Positions 20,625 to 28,160 of a DNA stretch of 64,000 bases are shown piece by piece (position 1 is the stretch's first letter; each line of letters starts with the position of its first letter). A model generated the notes under the pieces. That model made no database searches. It saw only the letters and a program-made list of their open reading frames with translations, and was not told where the DNA came from. The stretch comes from Caulobacteraceae bacterium (GTDB lineage: Bacteria; Pseudomonadota; Alphaproteobacteria; Caulobacterales; Caulobacteraceae): positions 5,584-69,583 of the forward strand of contig CANESI010000011.1 in assembly GCA_947441065.1 (NCBI GenBank), read 5' to 3'. The position numbers and the translations under genes are program-made.

Positions 20625-21131
20625 TCAAACGTTTTCATTGACAACAGATATAATTGAATATTTGGTCGATGAGTATTCAACATTTTTTCCAATCGATTCA
20701 CTTATCAAAAAACTGTTCACATTAATAACATATGAAGCATGGATTTCACTTTTTAATGCGGCACTTACGTGAATTTGTGTTTGACGTAATTCATTTTCTA
20801 AATTATCGCGTGCAATTTTTCCTGCCGGTTGCGGGTTAAAATGCAACCAGTAACCTAGCGCACCCAATATTCGGCCGGCATTTTCAATAGTCAAATTTCT
20901 AGGTTGTGACAGCATCCGGCTAACAACAGATTTGTTGACGCCCAGTGCATCAGCGATTTCTTGTTGCTTTAAACGCGAACGCGACAAAATATAATTGACT
21001 GTTGAATACAGTTCTCTTCTTGCTAACCCGCCTGCAAGTTCAATCGCTTCTTTTGATGCGATGTTGACATTGGTCAATATATCATTTGATTTGTGATCAG
21101 GTCTTGCCATTGTCGTCTTGTCGCTGGTCAT
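20625..21131 (-). CDS. XRE-family helix-turn-helix protein with an extra C-terminal tail of about 65 aa (islet gene B; candidate antitoxin/regulator)
   Basis: The HTH is LKQQEIADALGVNKSVVSRMLSQPRNLTIENAGRILGALG (aa 54-93). AAGGAG lies 8 nt upstream of ATG 21131. The start overlaps the end of gene A by 35 nt. Confidence 0.75.
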   Translation of the reverse strand: MTSDKTTMARPDHKSNDILTNVNIASKEAIELAGGLARRELYSTVNYILSRSRLKQQEIADALGVNKSVVSRMLSQPRNLTIENAGRILGALGYWLHFNPQPAGKIARDNLENELRQTQIHVSAALKSEIHASYVINVNSFLISESIGKNVEYSSTKYSIISVVNENV

Positions 21132-21777
21132 AATACCCGCTCCTTATCCCGCCCAATTCATTTGCTATTGGCGCTTCGTTCCACTCTAAGGGGGTGCAAA
21201 CTTTTTTTACCCAATTTAGAGATATGTTGGCTTGATTGTTTTGGGTCATCCTTCCTGTTCCCTGGAACTCGTATTTTGCAAAGCATTGATGAGCTAAGAA
21301 ATTCCTCGAGTCTAAGAAGGCACCGAATATGCGCGTTTTGGGTCGTTTCGGCACCGGTCTAAGTTCCCACGCGCTCCAAGGACTACCCCTTTGAGGGGTA
21401 ATGACTTTAATATCGCACTTGTCATTTTCTGAGCCGATCGACATGAGTGACCCAGTAATGAAGCTAGTTAGAAACGCTTGCGTGTCATCCCACCTAGCCT
21501 CCGCTTGATTTGCTGTCTCGTGCCCATTTTTTGCGGACCAACGTGTGTTAATCTTGGTCATCAAACTACTCGGCATCCAAATTTCGCGCAGCGTTTCAGT
21601 GGCGGTGGAGCCTACTGGTCGCCACCTCTCAAGAGGTCTAGTTGTGAAGGGCTCGATCAAAGTTGCCATTAAAGGCAACTGAATTGCAAATGATTTTTGC
21701 GTGGCGAGTTCATCTTTTTCACCATCGGCACTATTAAAATCGGTATTTTCCGTGGTCTGCAAATCCAAGCTCGTCAA
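21097..21777 (-). CDS. Hypothetical protein with a HigB/Gp49 (RelE superfamily)-like core motif in its C-terminal half (islet gene A)
   Basis: aa 137-171, WELRPVPKRPKTRIFGAFLDSRNFLAHQCFAKYEF, matches the remembered Gp49/HigB pattern ELR-x8-R(V/I)F(Y/G)-x13-F-x-K with identical spacing. The start is uncertain: TTG at 21777 has no SD, and the first in-frame ATG is codon 37. Confidence 0.5.
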   Translation of the reverse strand: MTSLDLQTTENTDFNSADGEKDELATQKSFAIQLPLMATLIEPFTTRPLERWRPVGSTATETLREIWMPSSLMTKINTRWSAKNGHETANQAEARWDDTQAFLTSFITGSLMSIGSENDKCDIKVITPQRGSPWSAWELRPVPKRPKTRIFGAFLDSRNFLAHQCFAKYEFQGTGRMTQNNQANISLNWVKKVCTPLEWNEAPIANELGGIRSGYYDQRQDDNGKT

Positions 21778-21890
21778 TTTTAATGCGTGTGGGGGTGTTA
21801 TTCGAGAGACGAAATGCGCACCCTTTGATTGTCATTAGCTCGATAAATTATCCGCATTTCAAGTTGTAAAAAAGGTTTTGTTGACATCTA

Positions 21891-21920
21891 ATTTTACGTT
21901 TTTTGTTTCCCCACTTTCAA
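21891..21920 (-). promoter_or_regulatory. Candidate sigma-70-type promoter for the islet operon
   Basis: The minus strand reads TTGAAA (21915-21920), an 18-nt spacer, then TAAAAT (21891-21896), about 110 nt upstream of gene A. This is pattern match only. Confidence 0.25.
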
Positions 21921-21973
21921 CTAGGCCCCCTCCGGCTCTGCGGGTAGTCTTGTGACGCGCCTGTCTGGGGGAA

Positions 21974-23467
21974 ATGTTTGTGAAGATGCCTGTGCCCGAT
22001 GGGGCGGTTCTGTCTCGGCGGGGCGAGATTGTGGCGGCCTTGCGGGGGATTGTGCCGGGCGAGGGGGTGATCTCTGATCCGGCCTCTTTGCGGGCCTATG
22101 AGTCCGATGGGTTGACGGCCTATCGCCAGGTGCCTCTGGTCGTGGTTCTGCCCGAAACGACGGCGCAGGTGTCGGCGATCTTGCGCTGGTGTAACGCGGC
22201 GGGGGTCAAGGTGGTGCCGCGCGGGTCGGGGACCTCGCTGTCGGGCGGGGCCTTGCCGCTCGAGGATGGGGTTCTGCTGGGCCTGTCCAAGTTCAATCAG
22301 GTTCTGGATATTGATTATGACAGCCGCGTGGCGGTGGTTCAGCCGGGGGTGACCAATCTGGCCATCACCCGCGCGGTCGAGGATCGCGGCTTCTACTATG
22401 CGCCTGATCCGTCCAGCCAGATTGCCTGTTCGATCGGCGGCAATGTGGCCGAGAATTCCGGCGGGGTCCATTGCCTCAAATATGGCCTGACGACCAATAA
22501 TGTGCTCGGTGTCGAGATGGTGATGATGGACGGGGAGGTGGTGCGTCTGGGTGGCCAACATCTGGACCCGGCGGGCCTTGATCTTCTGGGTATTGTCGTC
22601 GGCTCTGAGGGGCTGCTGGGCGTGGTCACCGAAGTGACGGTGCGCATCCTGCCCAAGCCGCAGACGGCGCGCGCCCTCCTGCTAGGCTTTGAGACCGTTG
22701 AGCGCGCCGGTCAGTGCGTGGCCGATGTGATCGCGGCGGGGATCATTCCGGCGGGGATGGAGATGATGGACCGCCCCGCCATCCATGCGGCAGAGGCCTT
22801 TGTCCATGCGGGCTATCCGCTCGATGTTGAGGCCCTGCTGATCGTCGAACTCGATGGGCCCTATGCGGAATGTGACTATCTGGTCGAGCAGGTGGCCAAG
22901 ATCGCTACGGCAAACGGGGCAGTGACGTCGCGGGTCTCGACCAGCGAGGACGAGCGCCTAGCCTTCTGGGCGGGGCGCAAGGCGGCGTTCCCGGCGGTGG
23001 GGCGCATCTCGCCCGACTATTACTGCATGGACGGCACCATCCCTCGGCGGCGCTTGCCAGAGGTGCTGCGCCGGATGGCGGCCCTGTCGGACCATTATGG
23101 GCTCAAGGTCGCCAATGTGTTCCATGCAGGCGACGGCAATCTGCACCCCCTGATCCTCTATGATGCCAATCAGCCCGGCGAGCTGGAGCGGGCCGAGGAT
23201 TTTGGCGCCGATATCCTGCGGCTCTGTGTCGAGGTTGGCGGCGTGCTGACCGGCGAGCACGGGGTTGGGGTGGAAAAGCGCGACCTGATGGGGACCATGT
23301 TCACCGAGATCGATCTGGCCCATCAACAGAGGGTCAAGTGCGCCTTTGATCCGCAGCTCTTGCTCAATCCGGGCAAGGTCTTCCCGACCCTGCATCGCTG
23401 TGCCGAGATGGGCCGGATGCACATCCATCACGGGGCCGTGCCCTTCCCAGACCTGCCAAGGTTCTAG
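21974..23467 (+). CDS. glcD: Glycolate oxidase subunit GlcD (FAD-linked oxidase)
   Basis: 497 aa with an FAD-binding PCMH-type domain (VVPRGSGTSLSGGALP). It is followed by glcE and glcF in the canonical order. The start could instead be the ATG at 21986. Confidence 0.9.
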   Translation: MFVKMPVPDGAVLSRRGEIVAALRGIVPGEGVISDPASLRAYESDGLTAYRQVPLVVVLPETTAQVSAILRWCNAAGVKVVPRGSGTSLSGGALPLEDGVLLGLSKFNQVLDIDYDSRVAVVQPGVTNLAITRAVEDRGFYYAPDPSSQIACSIGGNVAENSGGVHCLKYGLTTNNVLGVEMVMMDGEVVRLGGQHLDPAGLDLLGIVVGSEGLLGVVTEVTVRILPKPQTARALLLGFETVERAGQCVADVIAAGIIPAGMEMMDRPAIHAAEAFVHAGYPLDVEALLIVELDGPYAECDYLVEQVAKIATANGAVTSRVSTSEDERLAFWAGRKAAFPAVGRISPDYYCMDGTIPRRRLPEVLRRMAALSDHYGLKVANVFHAGDGNLHPLILYDANQPGELERAEDFGADILRLCVEVGGVLTGEHGVGVEKRDLMGTMFTEIDLAHQQRVKCAFDPQLLLNPGKVFPTLHRCAEMGRMHIHHGAVPFPDLPRF

Positions 23468-23468
23468 G

Positions 23469-24641
23469 ATGGCCGATCAAGAGATCTTGCGTCCGAACGG
23501 AACCGATGAGCTGGTCGAGGCTGTCGGCCAAGCGGCAGCGCGCGGCCAGAGGCTTGAGGTGCGCGGCGGCGGCACCAAATCGGCCATTGGTCGGCCCGGT
23601 CGGGATACTGCCCTGTTGCAGATCCAAGGCTTTGACAGGGTCATCGACTATGACGGCCCCGAGCTGGTCCTGACGGCGGGGGCCAGCACGCCCTTGGCTA
23701 AGATCGAGACCCTGCTGGCCCAGAATAACCAGATGCTGGCCTTCGAGCCCTTTGACCATGGGGTCCTGTTTGGCCTGCCCCCAGCGGCGACCCTTGGCGG
23801 GGTCATTGCGGCGGGGGTGTCTGGTTCGCGCCGACTGACGGCGGGGGCGGTGCGAGACCATTTCTTAGGCCTGCGCGGTGTGTCTGGACGCGGCGAGGCC
23901 TTTATGGGCGGGGCCAAGGTGGTCAAGAATGTCACCGGCTATGACCTGCCCAAGCTGTTGGCCAATTCGTGGGGCCAGTTGGCGGTGATGACCGAGGTGA
24001 CGCTGAAGGTCTTGCCCCGGCCTCAGACGGTCCAGACTGTCGTCCTGTCTGGCCTTGATGAGCGCCAAGCCTGTTTGATCATGGGCCAGGCCCTTGGCTC
24101 GCAAGCCGATGTGGCCGCCGCTGCGCACCTGCCGGCCGATATTAATGGCGGGCTGGCACTGACGGCCCTGCGCCTCGAAGGGTTCGAGCCGTCGGTCAAG
24201 GCGCGGGTGCAGATGGTGCTAGAGCAGTTCGGGGCCACGGCCTCTTGTGATCTCTTGCCGCCTGAGGCCAGCGCCCTTCTGTGGGAACAGGTCCAACATG
24301 TTAAGCCCTTGCAAGGCGAGGGGACCCTATGGCGCATCAATGTACCGCCAATGGCGGGGTCTGAGGTGACCGAACGGCTCAAGCCCTATGGTGCGCGCTG
24401 CCTCTTGGACTGGGCCGGGGGGCTGGTCTGGGCCCTGCTGCCGACGACGGATGGGGGGCAGGAGGTGCGCGATGTGGCCAGCACCCTTGGCGGTCACGCC
24501 ATGCTGATCCGTGCGCCAGAGGCCCTGCGCCGATCCATCCCCACCCAGCACCCGCTCGCCCCCGGCGTTGCGGCCCTGACCCAGCGCGTCAAGGACGGGT
24601 TCGATCCTGCGGCCATTCTCGATCCCGAGAGGTTCATTTAA
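23469..24641 (+). CDS. glcE: Glycolate oxidase FAD-binding subunit GlcE
   Basis: The ORF track starts at 23346, inside glcD. The start is trimmed to ATG 23469, which lies 2 nt after the glcD stop (MADQEILRPNGTDELVEAV...EVRGGGTKS). Confidence 0.85.
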   Translation: MADQEILRPNGTDELVEAVGQAAARGQRLEVRGGGTKSAIGRPGRDTALLQIQGFDRVIDYDGPELVLTAGASTPLAKIETLLAQNNQMLAFEPFDHGVLFGLPPAATLGGVIAAGVSGSRRLTAGAVRDHFLGLRGVSGRGEAFMGGAKVVKNVTGYDLPKLLANSWGQLAVMTEVTLKVLPRPQTVQTVVLSGLDERQACLIMGQALGSQADVAAAAHLPADINGGLALTALRLEGFEPSVKARVQMVLEQFGATASCDLLPPEASALLWEQVQHVKPLQGEGTLWRINVPPMAGSEVTERLKPYGARCLLDWAGGLVWALLPTTDGGQEVRDVASTLGGHAMLIRAPEALRRSIPTQHPLAPGVAALTQRVKDGFDPAAILDPERFI

Positions 24642-24647
24642 GCCCCC

Positions 24648-25949
24648 ATGCGCACCAACTTCACTCCTGAACAGCGTCTTGATCCGGCCATGGCTGCTTC
24701 GGAAGAGGTCATCCGCAAATGCGTCCATTGCGGCTTTTGCACGGCCACCTGCCCGACCTATGTGTTGCTCGGTGATGAGCTGGATTCCCCGCGCGGGCGC
24801 ATCTATCTGATGAAGGAGATGCTGGAAAATCAGCAACAGCCGACGGCGGAGGTGGTCAAACATATTGACCGTTGCCTGTCCTGCATGTCCTGCCTGACCA
24901 CCTGTCCGTCGGGGGTCCATTATGGCCACCTGATCGACCATGCCCGCACCTATATCGAGGCTAACTATCGCCGCCCCTTGCTAGATCGGATGACCCGGCG
25001 CCTTCTGGCGGCGGTGCTGCCCTATCCAACGCGGTTTCGTTTTGCCCTTGGCTTGGCAGCGTTGGCGCGGCCTTTCTCGCCGATCCTGCGGTCGATAAAG
25101 GCGCTGCAATCGCTCAGCGCCATGTTGGCCCTCGCCCCCACCAAGCCCGCCAAAAGCCCACCGACCAAGGGGGCTCCGGTTCAGGGCGCGCGCCTTGGTC
25201 GGGTGGCGATGCTGGGCGGCTGCGCCGAGCCGGTCCTTCGCCCTGAAATTGGCCGCGCTGCCGCCAGCCTGATCAGCCGGATGGGCTATGAGGTCGTGGT
25301 GGCACCCAATGCAGGATGCTGCGGAGCGCTGGTCCATCATCTGGGCCAAGAGGCGGTGGCTCTGGCCTCGGCGCGGCGCAATGTCGAGGCTTGGATGGCT
25401 GAGATTGAGGGGGCAGGGCTGGAGGCCATTATCGTCACCGCGTCCGGCTGTGGCACCATGATCAAGGACTATGGCTTCATGCTGCGCTCTGACCCGGCCT
25501 ATGCGGCCAAGGCCGAGCAGGTCTCCAGTCTGGCCATGGATATTAGCGAATTTGTCGCCGCCAAGGGCCTGCCGCCGGTGACGCGCACGCCAGACCTGAT
25601 CGTGGCCTATCAGTCGGCCTGTTCGCTGCAACATGGTCAGAAGGTGACGCGCGCGCCGCAGGACCTGCTGACGGCGGCGGGCTATCAGGTTCGCCAACCG
25701 GCAGAGGCGCACCTGTGCTGCGGCTCGGCGGGGACCTACAATATCCTTCAGCCCGTGATCGCTGCTCAGTTGGGCGAGCGCAAGGTGGCCCATCTGGCCA
25801 AGCTGTCTGCCGATGTGATCGCGACCGGCAATATTGGCTGCGCGACCCAGATCGCGGCGCGGACGGGCACGCCTGTGCTCCATACTGTCCAACTGCTCGA
25901 CTGGGCTACAGGCGGCGCAGTGCCCGAACCCTTTGCTCCACGCCTTTAG
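24648..25949 (+). CDS. glcF: Glycolate oxidase iron-sulfur subunit GlcF
   Basis: 433 aa with two 4Fe-4S motifs (CVHCGFCTATCP, CLSCMSCLTTCP) and C-terminal CCG domains. Confidence 0.9.
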   Translation: MRTNFTPEQRLDPAMAASEEVIRKCVHCGFCTATCPTYVLLGDELDSPRGRIYLMKEMLENQQQPTAEVVKHIDRCLSCMSCLTTCPSGVHYGHLIDHARTYIEANYRRPLLDRMTRRLLAAVLPYPTRFRFALGLAALARPFSPILRSIKALQSLSAMLALAPTKPAKSPPTKGAPVQGARLGRVAMLGGCAEPVLRPEIGRAAASLISRMGYEVVVAPNAGCCGALVHHLGQEAVALASARRNVEAWMAEIEGAGLEAIIVTASGCGTMIKDYGFMLRSDPAYAAKAEQVSSLAMDISEFVAAKGLPPVTRTPDLIVAYQSACSLQHGQKVTRAPQDLLTAAGYQVRQPAEAHLCCGSAGTYNILQPVIAAQLGERKVAHLAKLSADVIATGNIGCATQIAARTGTPVLHTVQLLDWATGGAVPEPFAPRL

Positions 25950-25971
25950 GTAAAGGGTTAAGGCGGTGAGG

Positions 25972-26207
25972 TAGGAAAGAAAACAAGGCCCTCACCCAAC
26001 CCTCTCCCACAGGGAGAGGGCTAGAATGGATAAGCCCTCGCCCCCTTCAGGGGGAGAGGGTTGGGTGAGGGGGTCATCCACAATCCGCACATTCATCCTA
26101 ACCTAAGGCCCGTCGAAGGACGAGGATGGTTCCACGAACGATCCGGCGGAGCGAAAGGGTCTGGGTCCCCGCCTTCGCGGGGAAGACGGGATGGGGGAAA
26201 CAAGGCC
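25972..26207. repeat. Mosaic intergenic repeat cluster R4 (units A-inverted, B-inverted, C-inverted)
   Basis: Contains GGCCCTCACCCAACCCTCTCCCacagGGAGAGGGC, GCCCTCGCCCCCTTCAGGGGGAGAGGGTTGGGTGAGGGGG and GGGTCTGGGTCCCCGCcttcGCGGGGAA. It abuts the stop codon of the amidohydrolase gene. Confidence 0.85.
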
Positions 26208-27500
26208 CTACCGCACCAATTCCCCGCCCTTCATCACATGCGCCACCCGTTCGAGCACCGTAATGTTCTTGAGCGGGTCGCCCATAACCGCAATCAGATC
26301 GCCATAGTGGCCGGGCGTAACCGACCCCACATCGCCAGAGCGCTGCATCAGGTCGGCGGCGACGGTGGTGGCGGATTGGATGGCCTGCATCGGGCTCATG
26401 CCATAGCGGACCATATAGGCGAACTGTTTGGCATTATCGCCGTGGGGATAGACCCCGGCGTCGGTGCCATAGGCGATCTTGACCCCCGCCTTCACGGCCT
26501 TGGTAAAGCCTTCGCGCTGCAGGTCGGTGGTATCGCGGTTCTTGCGCAAGATCTCTTCTGGCCATTTATCACGGGCACCGATCTGGTTGATATAGTCGCC
26601 ATTATAGATGTCCATGACCAACCATGCCCCCTTGGCCTTGGCCAGAGCGATGCCTTCATCGTCAATCAGGCTGGCATGTTCAATCGAGCGCACACCGGCG
26701 CGCAGGGCGATCTTGATCCCTTCCGCACCATGGGCGTGAGCGGTGGCATAGCTGTTGTTGCGGCGGGCCTCATCAACGGCGGCGCGGACCTCATCTTCGG
26801 TCAGTTCGGGGGCGCCCGGCTCGGTGCCTGCAGCCAGAACAGCTCCGGTTGCGATCAGTTTGAGGAAATCGACTCGGTGCTGGAACAGATAGCGGGCCTT
26901 GACCGCCATCTCCGCCGGACCGCTGACCACCCCGACGCGCATGTTGGAAGGGACCGTCACGTCAGGGGCCAAGCCGGTAACCTCACCGCCGCCGCCAGGC
27001 ACGGTCAGATAGGCACCCGCCACCATCATGCGCGGCCCCTCGATCCAACCTGCCTCAATGGCATCTCGCACAGCGACGTCGCCAAAGGCGCGGAAGGTGC
27101 CAACGTCACGAACGCTAGTGAACCCCGCGTGGAGCGTCTGTTTGGCATGTTTGGCCCCGAGCAAGGCAATCTCGGCAGCACTGTGCAGCAAAGGCTCCGC
27201 GACATTGTTCGACTGTTCGGTGTCGACCATATGGGTGTGCATGTCGATCAGGCCCGGCAGGACCGTATAGGCCGACCAGTCGGTTATGACCGATCCCTTG
27301 GGCGGCGGGGCATAGGGGCCGACCGCTGCAATTCGGCCGTCCTTTATAAGAAGCAATTGGTCGCTGCTTACGGTTGCCGACATTGGGTCGACCAGCTTCC
27401 CCGCGCGAACATAGGTCGTTTGAGCAGAAGCGCTTGCCGCTACCAGTATCGAGCTAAAAGATAGAAATACAAGAGAGACACGAAAAGGTAGTTTGATCAT
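26208..27500 (-). CDS. Secreted metal-dependent amidohydrolase family protein
   Basis: The ORF runs 26208..27548. The likely start is M17 (ATG ending at 27500), giving the signal peptide MIKLPFRVSLVFLSFSSILVAASASA. The HxH metal motif (IDMHTHM) and amidohydrolase-fold motifs are present. Confidence 0.8.
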   Translation of the reverse strand: MIKLPFRVSLVFLSFSSILVAASASAQTTYVRAGKLVDPMSATVSSDQLLLIKDGRIAAVGPYAPPPKGSVITDWSAYTVLPGLIDMHTHMVDTEQSNNVAEPLLHSAAEIALLGAKHAKQTLHAGFTSVRDVGTFRAFGDVAVRDAIEAGWIEGPRMMVAGAYLTVPGGGGEVTGLAPDVTVPSNMRVGVVSGPAEMAVKARYLFQHRVDFLKLIATGAVLAAGTEPGAPELTEDEVRAAVDEARRNNSYATAHAHGAEGIKIALRAGVRSIEHASLIDDEGIALAKAKGAWLVMDIYNGDYINQIGARDKWPEEILRKNRDTTDLQREGFTKAVKAGVKIAYGTDAGVYPHGDNAKQFAYMVRYGMSPMQAIQSATTVAADLMQRSGDVGSVTPGHYGDLIAVMGDPLKNITVLERVAHVMKGGELVR

Positions 27501-27742
27501 GATAGTCTCCGACAAACGATCAATGAGGAATTGCGTAGGCTGTGACAATTGGTCAAATGGCTTCTTTCGTACTGTCTGTAATCATCACTTCAACAGTAAT
27601 TCTATTGACTTTAGCAGTGCCAATTATTCGCATTTGACGCGCGGCTCTATTTTTGTTTGTTAGCACTCATTAAGTTTCTGTTAGGCTCAAGGTGAGAGAT
27701 TTCACCTGTCTGATGTCGCCTCTAGGAGAGGGGAAGAACTTC

Positions 27743-28153
27743 ATGTCTACGTCAAGATCATCGAGCTATCGTCGGTCTGGAAATGACCATTTCGAGCCAG
27801 ATATTGACTCCGATCCCGCTTCCCAGCGGCGACTGCGCGGTCAACTGGAACAGATCGACTATACGGTTTTTGCCGCTAACCGTGAGGTTATCTCGCGCTC
27901 GCTCGGATTCGCAGATGCGGAGAAGTTCCAACGGCTCGCCGCCGCAACGGCCTTGGCCCGCGCCGCTTGGGTATCCGAAGCCTTGAACCAAACCCGAGTA
28001 CCCGCGCCGCTCAATGCTGAGCAGGTGAAGAAATTGAAGAATCTACGCGAAGCCTATGAGGAACTGTCTGAGTCCTATGAGGCCATGCGCCGAATGGTCG
28101 AGCGCGGATATCTGCCCTTCAAGCCTGCGGCGAACGGGTTCTTTAAGGCCTAG
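27743..28153 (+). CDS. Hypothetical protein, about 136 aa, predicted helical (no family recognised)
   Basis: The ORF runs 27692..28153. The likely start is ATG 27743 (MSTSRSS...), preceded by GGAGAGGGGAAG. GC is lower than in core genes. Confidence 0.55.
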   Translation: MSTSRSSSYRRSGNDHFEPDIDSDPASQRRLRGQLEQIDYTVFAANREVISRSLGFADAEKFQRLAAATALARAAWVSEALNQTRVPAPLNAEQVKKLKNLREAYEELSESYEAMRRMVERGYLPFKPAANGFFKA

Positions 28154-28160
28154 GCTCGTC

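Noticed and set aside
20296-20772. Plus-strand ORFs inside the AT-rich islet: 20296-20772, 21093-21362 and 21478-21672.
   Set aside because: They are antisense to the three coupled minus-strand genes and lack RBSs. Their Ile/Phe/Asn/Tyr-rich translations are what AT-rich shadow frames produce. The minus-strand genes have SD sequences and an HTH motif.
21791-21810. Possible degenerate attR copy of the tRNA-Met T-arm (GGGGGTgttaTTCGAGagac versus GGGGGTTCGAGTCCCTC) at the far edge of the AT-rich islet.
   Set aside because: Only about 11 matching bases, with a 4-nt indel, which is too weak to call by eye. It is left as something to test by proper alignment.
23346-23468. An upstream extension of glcE overlapping glcD by 122 nt, as given by the ORF track. 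Similar extended starts occur for the phoH-like gene (to 16376), carB (to 4395), FecR (from 47466), UPF0016 (from 29510), selD (to 58873) and the ACAD (to 63869).
   Set aside because: In each case an internal ATG with a good Shine-Dalgarno gives the family-typical N-terminus. The extension either overlaps a neighbouring gene, a terminator or a repeat, or encodes low-complexity sequence.
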